64,000 bases of DNA from the human T2T-CHM13v2.0 reference genome, Homo sapiens. Below are positions 1 through 17,190 of this stretch, piece after piece. The stretch lies in assembly GCF_009914755.1 (NCBI RefSeq), contig NC_060947.1; one strand, given 5' to 3'. The translations under genes and the position numbers were made by a program. Under the pieces are notes generated by a model. That model ran no database searches, was not told the DNA's origin, and saw nothing but the letters and a program-made list of their open reading frames with translations. Each line of letters starts with the position of its first letter. The stretch's first letter is position 1.

Positions 1-348
1 AAAAATGATGAGTTCATGTCCTTTGTAGGGACATGGATGAAGCTGGAGACCATCATTCTCAGCAAACTATCGCAAGGACAAAAAACCAAGCACCGCATGT
101 TCTCACTCATAGATGGGAATTGAACAATGAGAACACATGGACACAGGAAGGGGAACATCACACACCAGGGCCTGCTGTGGGGTGGGGGGAGGGGGGAGGG
201 ATGACATTAGGAGATATACCTAATGTTAAATGATGAGTTGATGGGTGCAGCACACCAACATGGCACATGTATACATATGTAACTAACCTGCACGTTGTGC
301 ATCTGTACCCTAAAACTTAAAGTATAATAAATAAGTAAATAAATAAAA
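1..348 (+). mobile_element. L1PA (about PA5-type) 3' end, cut by the window edge
   Basis: Typical L1PA 3'UTR: G-rich tract, ggagatatacctaatgttaaatgatgag, cctaaaacttaaagtataat, A-rich tail. Confidence 0.9.
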
Positions 349-1929
349 TTTCCAGATTCACATTTGTCCTTTCTAAAAGCAAACCATAATAAGATATATA
401 TTGGGAACAGGGAGATTGGACTGACATTCCTAATTAGATCAGGCACTTGGGAGAAGGAATAGTATATATCACCATAAGTATCTGGGAACCATAACAAACC
501 TGTCTCCTCAACCTGGAACCCCTACTATATTTCTTCAGTGACTCCATAGCCCTGTATCAAAGTCTCTACTCACTGCCATTAAGGCTTTGGATTGCATCAT
601 TAGGGTAAGCTTATGCTGACTATGAGGCATGATTTAAATGGAATGCTGCCAAAAGTGAAGACTTTTAGGATCCATTTTTATCAGAGATACTTGGGTATCT
701 CCAGCTAATTGTCTAATTTCCTTCCAGGAAAAATCCTAAACTCAGGTTCTCCTATTTCTGTGGCCTAAGTTCTGGCTCAAAATGTACACTAGAAAATCTA
801 CTCAAGTTTTGCCATTCTGTTTAATGTGCCTGAGGATCAGCTCCAATTGCCTTTTCTTTTGGCTGATCTCAAAACTTTCATCTCTGAGAATTTCTTACCC
901 ATGAGAACTAATCTCTGAGACAAAAGTAATGCATGACTGATTGCTGTATTAAGCCAATGAAGGAACCAAGCAAAGACTGCCTGCAAAGGAATAAGCATTC
1001 AATCCTAGTTTTGGTGTGTACAATGGAAAAGACAAAAAATATTTCTATTTCTAGCATACACCTTGTTAAATGGCAGCTTTTATCTACTGTATTTGGATAA
1101 ATTAGAATGACCTTTCCAGTTATGGGTTGAGGAGACCCTAATATATAAATATGTAATATATAATACATAAAAACATAGATAATCCTCTGCTCTGCCAGCT
1201 GAACTGCATTTATGCTGGCAGAACATCCATGCTGGGCTTTGTTCTAAAGTTCTCAGGAGGTTTGCCTTGTTTGTCATAACCACTAATACTTTCGATGATG
1301 ACACTTGATGAATACTTTATACCAAAGTCAAAATTATAGCACTGGAGATAAGCGAAATTCTTCCTTGCAATGACCTACAAAAACTAAAGCCTTTTCTCTA
1401 TCTTCCTGTTTTTGTGATAAATGTTTAACTCATGTTATAAAATAAATAGTTTTAAGAAACCAAATCACCAAGATTACTTCTAGCCCTAACATTTGATGAT
1501 TTGCTATATATAGAGACTCTGACTCCAAGGATGCTCTTAGCAACATCCAAAAATGATAATCTTCAAGGGAGACCCAAAAGAGGAAATTTCTTTTCACAGC
1601 CAGAAAGAGAGATTCAGAAGCTGTGAGCTTCCTCAAGTAAGAAAGGTTTGAGTATCTTCTCACTATAAGCAAAGTCATCTTTGGTACAAACCCAACTTCC
1701 CCTTAAATTTCCTTTTTCACCCCTGGAAACCTGCCCTTCTCTGCTCTAAATCCCAAGTTCAATCTCCATTAAGTACTTTTTTCTAAATGTTCCTCTCCCA
1801 GAGTATACGCTGATAATGACTAAATTGTGAGCTCTCCCAAGGATCTTTGCAGAGGGTTCTCTAAGATCAAAACACTCTAAGACTAAAATAAATGACTCTC
1901 TAATGATATAATTTCTGGTGTTATAGCAG

Positions 1930-2590
1930 AATTTCATTTAATAAATATTTATTGAGCCCTATTATATGCCAGGCAAAACTTTAGGAGGTACGGATAAAGA
2001 ATGAACAAGACAGACAACTTTTCTGCCTGCATGGAACTTGGATTCTATTTAGGGAGACAAACAATAAGCAACATAGAATATGTCAAGTAGTCAACACACA
2101 GGTTAAGGGGTTAAATAGTATTGAAAGTTGCTATTTTTGAAAGGGTGTGGTCTCTGAGGGGGTAAAACTTGAGCAAGTTGGGGAGCAAGGCATATGAATA
2201 TCTAGGACAAGAGTGTCCAATGCAAAGGAAAGGGCAAATACAAAGGCCCAGAAGCAGGGAAGTACAAGGTGTTATCGAGACATAGTAGGGCTAGAGTACA
2301 TGGAGCTATGAGGCAGAGTGGCAGGAGAGGTGGCGAGGAAGGTATCTAAGGACCGGATTATCTATGGCCTTGTAGATTATGGTAAGGACTTGGGATTTTA
2401 TTTTAAATCCATTTAAATGGGAAGTGCAAGGAGACTGACATGAACTGACTTATGTTAAAATACTCTGGCTGCTGTGTGGCTATTGAATTTATTAGGAGGG
2501 CAAGAAGTGCAGCAGAGAGGACACTTGGGAAGCTATTGCAGTGGTCCAAGTGAGACATGAGATAGCTTGGAACTAGGTGATACTAGTGGC
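1930..2590 (-). mobile_element. L2 3' region
   Basis: catttaataaatatttattgagc…tgtagattatggtaaggacttggg…gaagctattgcagtggtccaagtgag, typical reverse-complement L2. Confidence 0.75.
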
Positions 2591-2640
2591 CTAATTTGTT
2601 ATTGAGAATGGGCACATCACAAATCACACTACTTTCAGCC

Positions 2641-3059
2641 TACTGTGGTTTGAATGTGTCCCCTCCAAAATTCAGATGTTGAAACTTAATGGCCAATGTG
2701 ATAGGATAAGAGGTGGAACCTTTAATAGCTTATTAGACCCAGAGGGCTCCTCCCTCATGAACAGGGTTACAGATAGCCCTTATGGCCCTTAAAAAAGAGG
2801 CTTCCACACAGCACTAACTTTTCTTGCCCTTCCACTTTCCTCCCTGTGAAGACACAGTGTTTCTCCCCTCTGGAGGATGCAGCAACAAGGTATCATCTTG
2901 CAATCAGAGAGCAGCCCTCACCAGAAAACTGAACCTTCTGGATCCTTGACCGTAGACTTCCCAGCCTCCAGAAATGTGAGAAAAAAAAATTTTTCTCTTT
3001 TGTAAGTTACCCGGTCTGCATGAGGTGTTTTGTTACAGCAGCAGAAACAGACTAAGACA
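2641..3059 (+). mobile_element. MaLR solo LTR (MST/MLT1A type)
   Basis: Starts tactgtggtttgaatgtgtcccc, ends cagactaagaca, and contains gacttcccagcctccagaa. Confidence 0.85.
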
Positions 3060-3749
3060 TGGACTCATCTCCCACTATATAACCCCTGAATAAGAGATAA
3101 TCCCCAAACTAACAATGTTCTCCTGTATTACTCCTGGCTTCTGTTCACTTGATTCCTACCATTAAAATTCTATTTATTCTTGAAGAGTAAGTTCAAATAT
3201 CACCTTTTGGAATAGATCATTTCTTCCTCTGTGGTCCCATATATTCTGTATCCCTATTAGTATAGTTATTTCATTTTGCCTTATATATGTATAATTGATT
3301 ATGTTTCTGACCTTTCTTTGCTGTAAATTTGTTAGGGACAGAGACAGTAATACATTTCCTTATTTCCACAATACATAGTAGTCCTTAGGAATTTAATAAA
3401 TACTTTGCAGAATAAATGTGGTGAGCTGCTTTCCTTAGGTCACTAATATAATGGCATGTCAGGGTTAATCCTTTTGTAAAAGCCAATTCCCATAGCACTA
3501 AAATTTTAATCACTGTTTATACAGCTCTTAATTAACTCTGATTTGGAGTAGATTTTTAAAAGGATGGCGTTTTCCAATTTTCCCTCAAGAATTTATGATT
3601 CACTGGCTTTGTACTTTCCCTCAATTTATCTATTTGCAGTTGGTAGCTTAATGATTTATTTACATTACTGACATACTGGGCTCATTATTTTAAGCATTAG
3701 TTCATTGGAAATACAAAATCTCAAGAAACAAACCTTTAACAAGTCAGAA

Positions 3750-5429
<1,680 letters not shown>

Positions 5430-6086
5430 TGAGATGCCCAATGGATACACTTGACAGGGCCAGGTAAATTGTGTTACTGGAGAAATGTAACTCCTAGATT
5501 GTTTACATTAATCTTTTCTTGGCTTCCAGGTTGAATCCAAAGTGGCAGCAGAAATTTGTTGAATCTCTGCTTCTTTCTTTTTTCTTTTCTATTGAGTTTA
5601 TGTTTTGTTTTAGTTTCTGGTTTGTGTATAGTCAGTAAGTTATATTCTTCCTTGGTAGCAGCAATGACTGGGAATGTGATTATATGGTTTGACCATTTGG
5701 TGGTCTTTGTAATTGGACTAACGGATTATCTAGTCACTTATCTAGTCACTGATGGGTGGGAAATAACAGAGAATTTGTCTTTTTTGTTGTTCTATTTGTT
5801 CATTTTGAACTTAAATTAATCAGTAATTTCACACCCGCAGGGAAGGTGAACACTGTAATATCTGGACTGGCATATTTCTGTGTTTACTCTTAACTTATAG
5901 CTGAAATTGTAGATCAGAATTCATAAGATCGCTTTATCTATGTCTATGTGTCTACAACTGAAAAAGGCTTTGACCTCACATTGTGTGAGTGTAAAATATT
6001 TTCCTATCTCTGGGGAGTATTAATAAGTTATATCATAAAGTTTCCTAAATTAAAGGAGCTCTGTTCTAATTGGTTTATAGACATAA

Positions 6087-6433
<347 letters not shown>

Positions 6434-6582
6434 GAAGTTGAACTTTTAATACTAAAATGTGCTAAACTAAAAATATTTTCACAAAAAATTCTGCTAGCTC
6501 AAACATTTTGAGAATCCAGAATTAAGGTATATCTTTGGCAAATGAGATTTGTTTAATAATTCTTGTTTAAATCAAGAAACTG

Positions 6583-6920
6583 GGCCGGGCGCGGTGGCTC
6601 ACACCTGTAATCCCAGCACTTTGGGAGGCGGAGGTGGGTGGATCACGAGGTCAGGAGATCGAGACCATCCTGGCTAACACGGTGAAACCCCATCTCTACT
6701 AAAAATACAAAAAAAAAAAAAATTAGCTGGGTGTGGTGGCGGGCGCCTGTAGTCCCAGCTACTCGGGAGGCTGAGGCAGGAGAATGGTGGGTGAACCCAG
6801 GAGGCGGAGCTTACAGTAAGCCGAGATCGCACCACTGCACTCCAGCCTGGGCGACAGAGCAAGACTCCGTCTCAAAAACAAAAAAACAAAAAAAACAAAA
6901 AAAAAAAACAAAACAAAAAA
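6583..6920 (+). mobile_element. AluY/Sc-like
   Basis: gagatcgagaccatcctggctaacacggtg, TSD aagaaactg. Confidence 0.95.
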
Positions 6921-7990
6921 GAAACTGAAGAGACAATCCACAGAATGGGAAAAAGTATTTGCAAACTACCCCTCTGACAAGAGATTAATAAGCAGATATA
7001 TATACAGAGCTCAAACAACTCTATAGGAAAAAATCTAGTAATCTAATTTTTAAAATGAGCAAAGGATCTGAATAGACATTTCTCAAAAGAAGACACATGA
7101 ATGGCAAACAGGCAACTGAAAAGTTGCTCCGCATCATTGATCATCAGAGAAATGCAAACCAAAACTACAGTGAGATATTATCTCATCCCAGTTAAAATGG
7201 CTTATATCCAAAAGATAGGCAAAAACAAATGCTGGCGATGACGTGGAAAAAAGGGAACCCTTGTACACTGCTGGTGGGAACATAAATTAGTACAACCACT
7301 GTGGAGAAGAGTCACCAATCCCACTCCTAGGTATACACTCAAAAGAAAGGAAATCAGCATATTGAAGAGATATCTGCACTCCCATATGTATTGCAGCACT
7401 ATTCACAATAGCCAAGATTTGGAAGCAACCTAACTGCCCATCAGCAGATGAATGGATAGAGAAAATGTGGTACATATACACAATGGAGCACTATTCAGCC
7501 ATTAAAAAGAATGAGATCTAGTCATTTGCAACAATATGAATGGGACTGGAGGTCATTATGTTAAGTGAAATAAGCCAGGCATAGAAAGACAAACCTTGCA
7601 TGTTCTCACTTATTTGTGGAAGCTAAAAATTAAGCCAACTGAACTCATGCAAATAGAGAGTAGAATGATGGTTACCAGAAGCTGGGAAAGATAGTAGGGG
7701 AGAATGTGAGGATGGGTAATGGGTAAAAAATATAGAAAGAATGAATAGACCTAGTGTTTGCTAGCCTAACAGGGTGACCACAGTCAGTATTAATTGTACA
7801 TTCTAAAATAACTAAAAGAGTATAATTGGATTGTTTGTAACACAAAGGATAAATGTTTGATGTGATGGCTACTTCATGTACCCTAATGTGATTATCACGC
7901 ATGGCATGCCTGTATCAAAATATCTCATGTAACAATAAATGGATACACTTATAATGTACCTACAAAAATTAAAAATAAAACATTAAAAAT
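6921..7990 (+). mobile_element. L1MA (about MA2-4) 3' portion
   Basis: End of ORF2 plus L1MA 3'UTR (gtataattggattgtttgtaacacaaaggataaatg). Internal deletion near 7310. Confidence 0.85.
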
Positions 7991-8346
7991 AATTTTTATT
8001 TAAAAGAGTTATGTCATTTTTGGTGATTTATTTATGTAATGTATAAAACAAGCATACATTTTATTTTACTTCGGTCTGTTTTTCCTAAATGTATACAGAT
8101 TTACTAATCAAATAAGATAATGTTACTTATATGTAATATTTAAGATTATGAAAGATGTAAATTTGTGTTCAACTGAAATTGAATCCCTGTTCTGACAAAC
8201 TTTTATTTCAGCAGTAATTACATTCTGTGGTATGTTAGATTTAAGATAATCTAATTAACTTAAACACTGGTTTGATATTAAATTGAGTTCATTAATGGAT
8301 AATCATTGGATACCTACATAAATTTTAATTAATATAGACTGCTTAA

Positions 8347-8648
<302 letters not shown>

Positions 8649-8661
8649 TAAGCAGTTTTAA

Positions 8662-8981
<320 letters not shown>

Positions 8982-9301
8982 TATATACTGTTGCTTCTTA
9001 TTTTTATATGCTATAAAGAGGCAATATCTTTGGGTCATGTTAATGGTTGTGTTCATTTTCCTCTTTAAAAGGGATGGGTGTGTACATTGAAAGTGCTACA
9101 TGTGTTCGTGAGCTCTGTTAATCTGCTATAATGTTTGTGAGAGATAGTTCTCAATTGCACCCCTCAAATTTTCTCTTTGAAATAGATATTATTTTGGTTA
9201 AAAGTTAAAATTAAAACAAGTGGTTGAGATTATATTATGAGCAATAGTGACAAATGGGTATATGCTTCTGTTTTAAAGGGAAAAGTAGTTTGTTTCTAAG
9301 A

Positions 9302-9720
9302 CAGTAGTTCTCAAACTTTCTGTTCTCAGGACCTCTTCGTACTCTGAAATATTACTAAGGACTTCCAAAGAGGTTTTCCGCATGTATGTTGTAACTATCA
9401 ATACTTACCATATTATAAATTAAAACAGAAAAAATTAAATATATTTATTGATTGAATTGATTTGAGATGAATCTGTTGCATGTTGATGTCAATTTTAATA
9501 AAAATAATTTTATTTTAAAAATAAGAAGATTGCTTCACATTTTTGCAAAGTTCCCTAATGCCCAACTTAATAGAAATAATTAGACTCTACTATCTGCTTC
9601 TGCATTCAATCTATTACAATATCACACATCATACTGCCCCTGAAAAACTACACATCTTAGTATTATAATAAAAATAGTTTTGACCTAGCAGATGCTCTGA
9701 AAGATGGTCAGTTTGTTCCA
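9302..9720 (+). mobile_element. hAT-Charlie DNA transposon (MER119-like)
   Basis: The terminus cagtagttctcaaactttctgttctcaggacc…ccaaagagg matches recalled MER119. Confidence 0.7.
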
Positions 9721-10082
9721 GAACATCAAAGAGCATAATGAAGGACAAACTGGGAAAGTTAAATTTTTTTGCCCTGGTTTAAACCTAGGTCTGAAATAAA
9801 GCTATGCAATGTGTTAAAATTGTAGCAACCTTATCTAAATTTTGATGGGCTTGCTTCCTTAGTTTATTGATTAATGCCTTCACCACAATGCAAAAGTTAT
9901 TCTTCATCTTCTGTGTAATCTGCCTAGATAGCAGACTCTGTGTTTTACAAGAATAATTCTCTGAGCTTTATGTTGTCTTTTTCTTTATTTTTGATTATTT
10001 AGTGGCAAACTAACAAAGAACAAAGGTTCCTCACTTGTCAAAGAGCTAAAGTTCTTTAGAATTGTGTTACCTCCTATGTTAG

Positions 10083-10431
<349 letters not shown>

Positions 10432-10474
10432 TAGGTAACCAAGTATTGTTTATTGGGCACTCATGATCCTATTT

Positions 10475-11238
10475 ATTTATTTTTATTTTTAATTTATATA
10501 AATTTAAAGGACAGAAGTTCAGTTTTGTTACATGGATATATTAAGTAGTAGTGAAGTCTGGGTATTTACTGTAACCATCACCCAAATAATGTACATTGTA
10601 CCTATTAAGTAATTTCTCATCCTTTAACCCCCTCCCACCATCTCACCCTTCCTAGTCTCCAGTGTCCATTATTCCACACTCTATGTCCATGTGCATACTT
10701 TATTTAGCTCCCACTTATGAGTGAGAACATGCAGTATTTGACGTTCTGGTTCTGAGTTGTTTCACTTAAGATAATGGCCTCCAGTTTCATCCACGTTACT
10801 GCAAATGACCTGATTTCATTCTATTTTTATGGCTGAGTACTATTTAATTGTGTGTATCTTCATTCCACATTTTCTTTGTCCAATCTTCCATTGATGGATA
10901 CGTAGGTTGACTCCATATCATTGCAACTGTGAATAGTGCTGCAATAAATATATGGGTGCTGGTATCTTTTTAATATATAATTTCTTTTCCTTTGGGTAGA
11001 TACCTAGTAATGGCATTGCTGGATTGAAAAGTCATCAGAAAAATGCAAATTAAAACCACAATGACATATCATCTTACACCAGTCAGGATGTCCATTATTA
11101 AAATGTCAAAAAATAACGATGTTGGCAAGGATGCAGAGAAAAGGAAATGCTTTACACTGCTGGTGGGAATGTAAATCAGTAGAGCTTCCATGGACAACAG
11201 TGTGAAGATTTCTCAAAGAACTAAAAACAGAACTACCA
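10475..11238 (-). mobile_element. L1PB4-like element with 5' inversion (3' part on -, 10475-11028; inverted part on +, ~11029-11238)
   Basis: TSD gatcctattt at 10465-10474 and 11239-11248. The two parts are contiguous in L1 consensus (…gaactacca|ttcaatccagc…). Confidence 0.85.
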
Positions 11239-11376
11239 GATCCTATTTTAATCAAGGCCCAATTTGCCTCTAACAACTCTTGATTTTACCTTCCAAAAAT
11301 TGAATCACAAATAGAGATTACTATGAACTACTGTACATCAAAAAATTAGATAACTTAGATAAAATGACAAATTCCT

Positions 11377-11683
<307 letters not shown>

Positions 11684-13123
11684 ATGACAAATTACTAAAA
11701 GCACACAAATTACTAAATTGACTTTAGAAGAAATAGAAAATCTCAACAGACCTATAACAAGTAAAGAGATTAAATAAGTAATTTAAAACCTCCCAATAAA
11801 CAGAAGTCTAGGACCAGATGGCTTCACTGGTGAATTCTTCCAAACATTTAAAGAAGAATAAACAGCAGTTCTCTCAAACTCTTCCAAATAATGGAAGAAG
11901 AGGGAATACTTCCTAACTTCTTCTATGAAGCCAGCATTACCCTGATACTAAAGCCAAATGTAGACATCACAAGAAAAGAAAATTACAAACCAATATTCTT
12001 TATGGATATCAATTAAAAAAACCCCATGAAAATACTAGCAAACCAAATCTTACAGCATATTAAAGGATTATACAATCTGATTAGGTGTGATTTATCCCAA
12101 GAACGCAAGTTCAACATAAGTAAATCAATTAATGTAATATACCACATCAATAGAAAAAAGGAAAAAAGGTCATATTCATTGATGCAGAAAAATCATGTGA
12201 TGAAATCCAAAATATTTTCAAGATAAACTAGGAATGGAAGGGAATAGCCTCAATCTGATAAAGGGCATTAAAAAAAATTCCACAGTTAACATTATACTCA
12301 AAGGTGGAAGCTTAGCCCTAAGATCAGGAACAAGACAAGGATGCCCTCTCTCACTACCGCTATTCAACATTGTACAGGAAGTTTGCTATTCAACATTGTA
12401 CGGGAAGTTTTAGCCAGATAAATTAGGCAACAAAGAGAAACAAAAGGCATCCAAAGTAAAAAGAAAGAAGTGTAACTCTCACTGTTCACAGATGACATGA
12501 CCCTACGTATAGAAAATCCCAAAGAAACCACAAGAAAGCTACAAATTCGGCAAAGTTGCAGGTACAAGATGAACATGCAAAGATCAATTGTGTTTCTATA
12601 CATCAGCAATGAACAATCTAAAGAGGAAATTAAGAAAACAATTCATTTACAATAGTATTCAAAAGAATGAATTTAGCCAAGAAGGTGGAAGATCTGTACA
12701 ATGATTACTATAACACACTGATGAAAGACATTAAAGAAGACCTAAATAAATGAAAAGACAGCCTACATTTATGGATTGGAAGACTTAATATTGTTAAGAT
12801 GTCAACATTTCAAAACTTATATCACGCTAAGCGATCCCTATCAAAATTCCACCAGCCTCTTTTTACAGAAATGAAAAAGTCAATTCTCAAATTTATATGG
12901 AATTGTAAGGTGCCCCAATAGTTCAAAATGAATCTTGAAAAATAACAAAGCTGGAGGGCCAACACTTCTCTGTTTCAAAGCTTATTAGAAAGCTACAGTA
13001 ATAAAACAGTGTGGTACTACCATACAGATAGACATATAGACCAATAGAATAGAACTGAGAGTTAAGAAATAAACCCATACATCTATGGCTGACTGATTTT
13101 CAACAAGGGTGTCAAGACCATTA

Positions 13124-13563
<440 letters not shown>

Positions 13564-14110
13564 TTACCCAAACGTATAAGCTAAAACCATAAAACTCTTA
13601 GAAGAATTTATAGGAATAAATCTTCATGACTTTGGATTTGGCAATGGATTCTTTGACATGACACTGAAAGCACAAGCAACAAAAGAAAAGGTAGATAAAT
13701 TGGACTTCATCAAAGTTAAAAACTTTTTTACATCAAAGGACATTATCAAGAAAGTGAAAAGAAAACATGCAGGAGAAAATATTTGCAAATCATATACCTG
13801 ATAAGGGTTTAATATACAGAATATATAAAGAAATCCTAAAACGCAACACCAAAAAACAACCCAATTTTAAATATGGGCAAAGAACTTGAATAGACAAGTC
13901 CTTTCCCTCCCTCAAAGATGAAATACAAATAACCAATAAGCACATGAAAAGATGCTCAACATCTTTAGTCATCAGAGAAATACTAATCAAAACCATGAGA
14001 TACTATTTAACCTACTAGAATAGCTATAATAATAAAAAATGGAAAACAACAAGTGTTGGCAAGGAGGTGGAGAAATTAAGATACATTTCCTGGTGGGAAT
14101 GTAAAATGGC

Positions 14111-16014
14111 GAGAATGGACTAATACAGTAAATTGGTGCCAGTAGAGTGAGGTACTGCTATAAAGAGACCCAAAAATGTGGAAGTGACTTTGGAACTGGG
14201 TGACAGGTAAGAGGTTGGAACACTTTGGAGGGTTTAGAAGACAGGAAGATCTGGGAAAGTTTGGAACTTCCTAGAGACTTGTTGAATGGTTTTGGCCAAA
14301 ATGCTTATAGTGATATGAACAGTGAAGCCCAGGCTGACATAATCTCACATGAAGATGAGGAACTTCTTGGGAACTGGAGCAAAGGTCACTCTTGCTATGC
14401 TTTAGCAAAGAGACTGGTGGCATTTTGCCTCTGCCCTAGAGACCTCTGGAACTATGAACTTGAGAGAGACGATCTGAAATTGGAACTTATGTTTAAAAGG
14501 GAAGCAGAGCATAAAAGTTTGGAAAATTTTCAGCCTGACAATGCAACTGAAGAGAGAAACCCATTTTCTGGGGAGAAATTCAAGCTGGCTGCAGATATTT
14601 GCATAAGTAATGAGGAGCCCAATGTTAATCACAAAGACAATAGGGAAAATGTCTCCAGGGCACGTCAGAGACCTTCAAGGCAGCTCCTCCCATCACAGGT
14701 CTGGAGGCCTAGGAGGGAAAAATGGTTTCCTGGGCCAGGCCCAGGGCTTCTCTGCTTTGTGTACTCTTGGAACTGTGACTTCTAGCCACATCCTAGCCAT
14801 GGCTAAAAGGGGCCAACATACAGCTCAGGCCATTGCTTCAAAGGGTGCAAGCCCCAAGCCTTGGTGGCTTTCATGTGGTGTTGTGCCTGTGGGTGCACAG
14901 AAGTCAAGAATTGAGGTTTGGGAACTTCTACCTAGATTTCAGAGGATGTATGGAAACAAATGGGTGTCCGTGGAGAAGTTTGCTGCAGGGGTGGAGTCCT
15001 CATGGAGAACCTCTGCTAGGGTAGTGAGGAAGGGAAATGTGGGGTTGGAGCCCCCACACAGAGTCCCCACTGGGGCACTGCCTGGTGGAGCTGTAAGAAG
15101 AGGGCCACCATCCTCCAGACCCCAGAATGGTAGATCCACTGACAGCTTGCACTGTGCACCCAGAAAAGCCACAGACACTCAATGCCAGCCCGTGAAAGCA
15201 ACCAAGAGGGAGGCTGTACCCTGCAAAGCCACAGGGGCAGAGCTGCCCAAGACGATGGGAACCCACCTCTTGCATCAGCATGACCTGTATGTGAGACATG
15301 GAGTCAAAGGAGATCATTTTGGAGCTTTAAGATTTGATGCCCTGCTGGATTTCAGATTTGCTTGGGGCCTGTAGCCCCTTTGTTTTGGCCAATTTCTCCC
15401 ATTTGGTATGGGTGTATTTACCCAATATCTGTACCCCCATTTTATCTAGGAAGTAACTAACTTGGTTTTGCTGTTATAGGCTTACAGGTGGAAGGGACTT
15501 GCCTTGTCTCAGATGAGACTTTGAACATGGACTTATGAGTTAATGCTGGAATGAATTAAGACTTTGGGGGACTGTTGGGAAGGCATGATTGGTTTTGAAA
15601 TGTGAAAGGCACATGAGATTTGGGAGGGTCCGGGGTGGAACCATATGGTTAGGCTTTGTGTCTCCACCCAAATCTCTTCTTGAATTGTAATCCCCATAAT
15701 TCCCATGTATTAAGGGAGAGATTGGGTGGAGGTGATTGAATCACAAGGGCAATTTCCCTCTTGCCCTTCTCGTGATAGTGAGTTCTCATGAGATCTGATG
15801 GTTTTATAAGGGACTCTTCCCCTTCACTCGGCACTTCTCCTTCCCATCACCTTGTGAAGAAGGTGCCTTGCTTCCCCTTCGCCTTCTGCCATGATTCTAA
15901 GTTTCCTAAGGCCTCCCCAGCCATGCTGAACTGTGAGTCAATTAAACCTCTTTCCTTTATAAATTACCCAGTCTCAGGCAGTTCTTTACAGCAGTATGAA
16001 AATGGACTAATACA
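14111..16014 (+). mobile_element. THE1D-like MaLR: 17-bp 5' LTR stub, internal region 14128-15640, 3' LTR 15641-16014
   Basis: The internal region starts gtaaattggtgccagtagagtg. ORFs 14225-15374 are frameshifted MaLR ORF remnants. LTR runs atatggttaggctttgtg…ggactaataca. Confidence 0.9.
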
Positions 16015-16164
16015 CCATATGATGGAATAGAATTCAGCCTTAAAATGGAAGGGAATTTTGACACATGCTATGACATGGACGAATCTTGAATACATTATGC
16101 TAAGTGAAATAAGCCAGTTACAAAAAGACAAATATTGTATGATTCACTTAAAGGAAATATCTAG

Positions 16165-16330
16165 GGTTGGGCATGGTGGTTCACACCTGTAATCACAGCA
16201 CTTAAGGAGGTCAAGGTGGGAGGATAGCTTGAGCGCAGGGTTCAAGGCTGCAGTGAGCTATGATTGTGCCACTGCACTCCATCCTAAGCAACAGACCAAA
16301 ACCCCAACTCAAAAAAAAAAAAAAAAAGAA
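16165..16330 (+). mobile_element. Alu monomer (FRAM-like or deleted AluJ)
   Basis: Single monomer with poly(A), TSD gaaatatctag. Confidence 0.85.
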
Positions 16331-16689
16331 AGAAATATCTAGAATAGGCAAATTCATAGAGGCAGTAAGCATATGAGAGGTTACCAGGGGCTGGAGAAAG
16401 GGGGAATGGGGAAATTATTCTTTAATGGATACAGAGTTTCTGTTTGGGATGATGAAAAAATTTAAAAATAGATAGTGGTAATGGTTGTACAACTGTACAC
16501 TTAAAAATGGTCAAAATAGCATATTTTATGTTATATATATTTTACCACAAAACTTTCATGAAATAATGTACTGTTTTCCAATAGGGAATTTTACTTTCCT
16601 TCATTCTGATATTAGTCACCTTAATTAACTACAGCCATTAAATCTCTATAATGTATAGACAGTTAAAAAAACTCTGAAGATTGCCTGAA

Positions 16690-16825
16690 GTCTATATATA
16701 AACTATATAGATACATATATATATGTATATAGTCTAGCTGTGTGTATAAAAATATACTTAGACTATATATATGTATATATAGAGAGGCATTTATCTCTAT
16801 CTCACTATATCTCTCTATCTATAGC
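16690..16825. repeat. TA-rich low-complexity tract
   Basis: (TA)n and (TCTA)n-like degenerate repeats. Confidence 0.7.
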
Positions 16826-16889
16826 CTAGTTGTATTCCTAAAAAAGAAGAAATTCATTTTTTTTGGTGGACAGTTAGCATTCTGACATA

Positions 16890-17190
16890 CTTTTTTATTT
16901 TTTATTTTTTTGGAAACAGTGTCTTGCTGTGCTGCCCAGGCTGGAGTGCAGTGGACAATCTAGGCTTACTGCAAACTCCGCCTGCGGGGTTCAAGCGATT
17001 CTCGTGTCTCAGGCTCCCGAGTAGCTGGGATTACGGGCACATGCCACCATATTTGGCTGGTTTTTGTATTTTCAGTAGAGATGGGGTTTCGTCATGTTGG
17101 CAGGGTGGTCTCGAATTCCTGGCCTCATGTGATCCACCCACCTCGGCCTCCCAAAGTACTGGGATTACAGGCGTGAGCCACTGCATACTT
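16890..17190 (-). mobile_element. AluS (diverged)
   Basis: Full Alu dimer in reverse complement. Confidence 0.9.

Noticed and set aside
1080-1330. 74-aa minus-strand ORF, a 9-bp hairpin (tctgccagc…gctggcaga) and TGATGA motifs as a TEX11 exon or snoRNA
   Set aside because: The peptide does not match the expected next TEX11 exon. I found no convincing C/D box pair with a terminal stem, and a hairpin this short can arise by chance.
14225-15374. 186-aa and 254-aa ORFs as a host gene
   Set aside because: They lie wholly inside THE1 internal sequence and are frameshifted MaLR ORF remnants.
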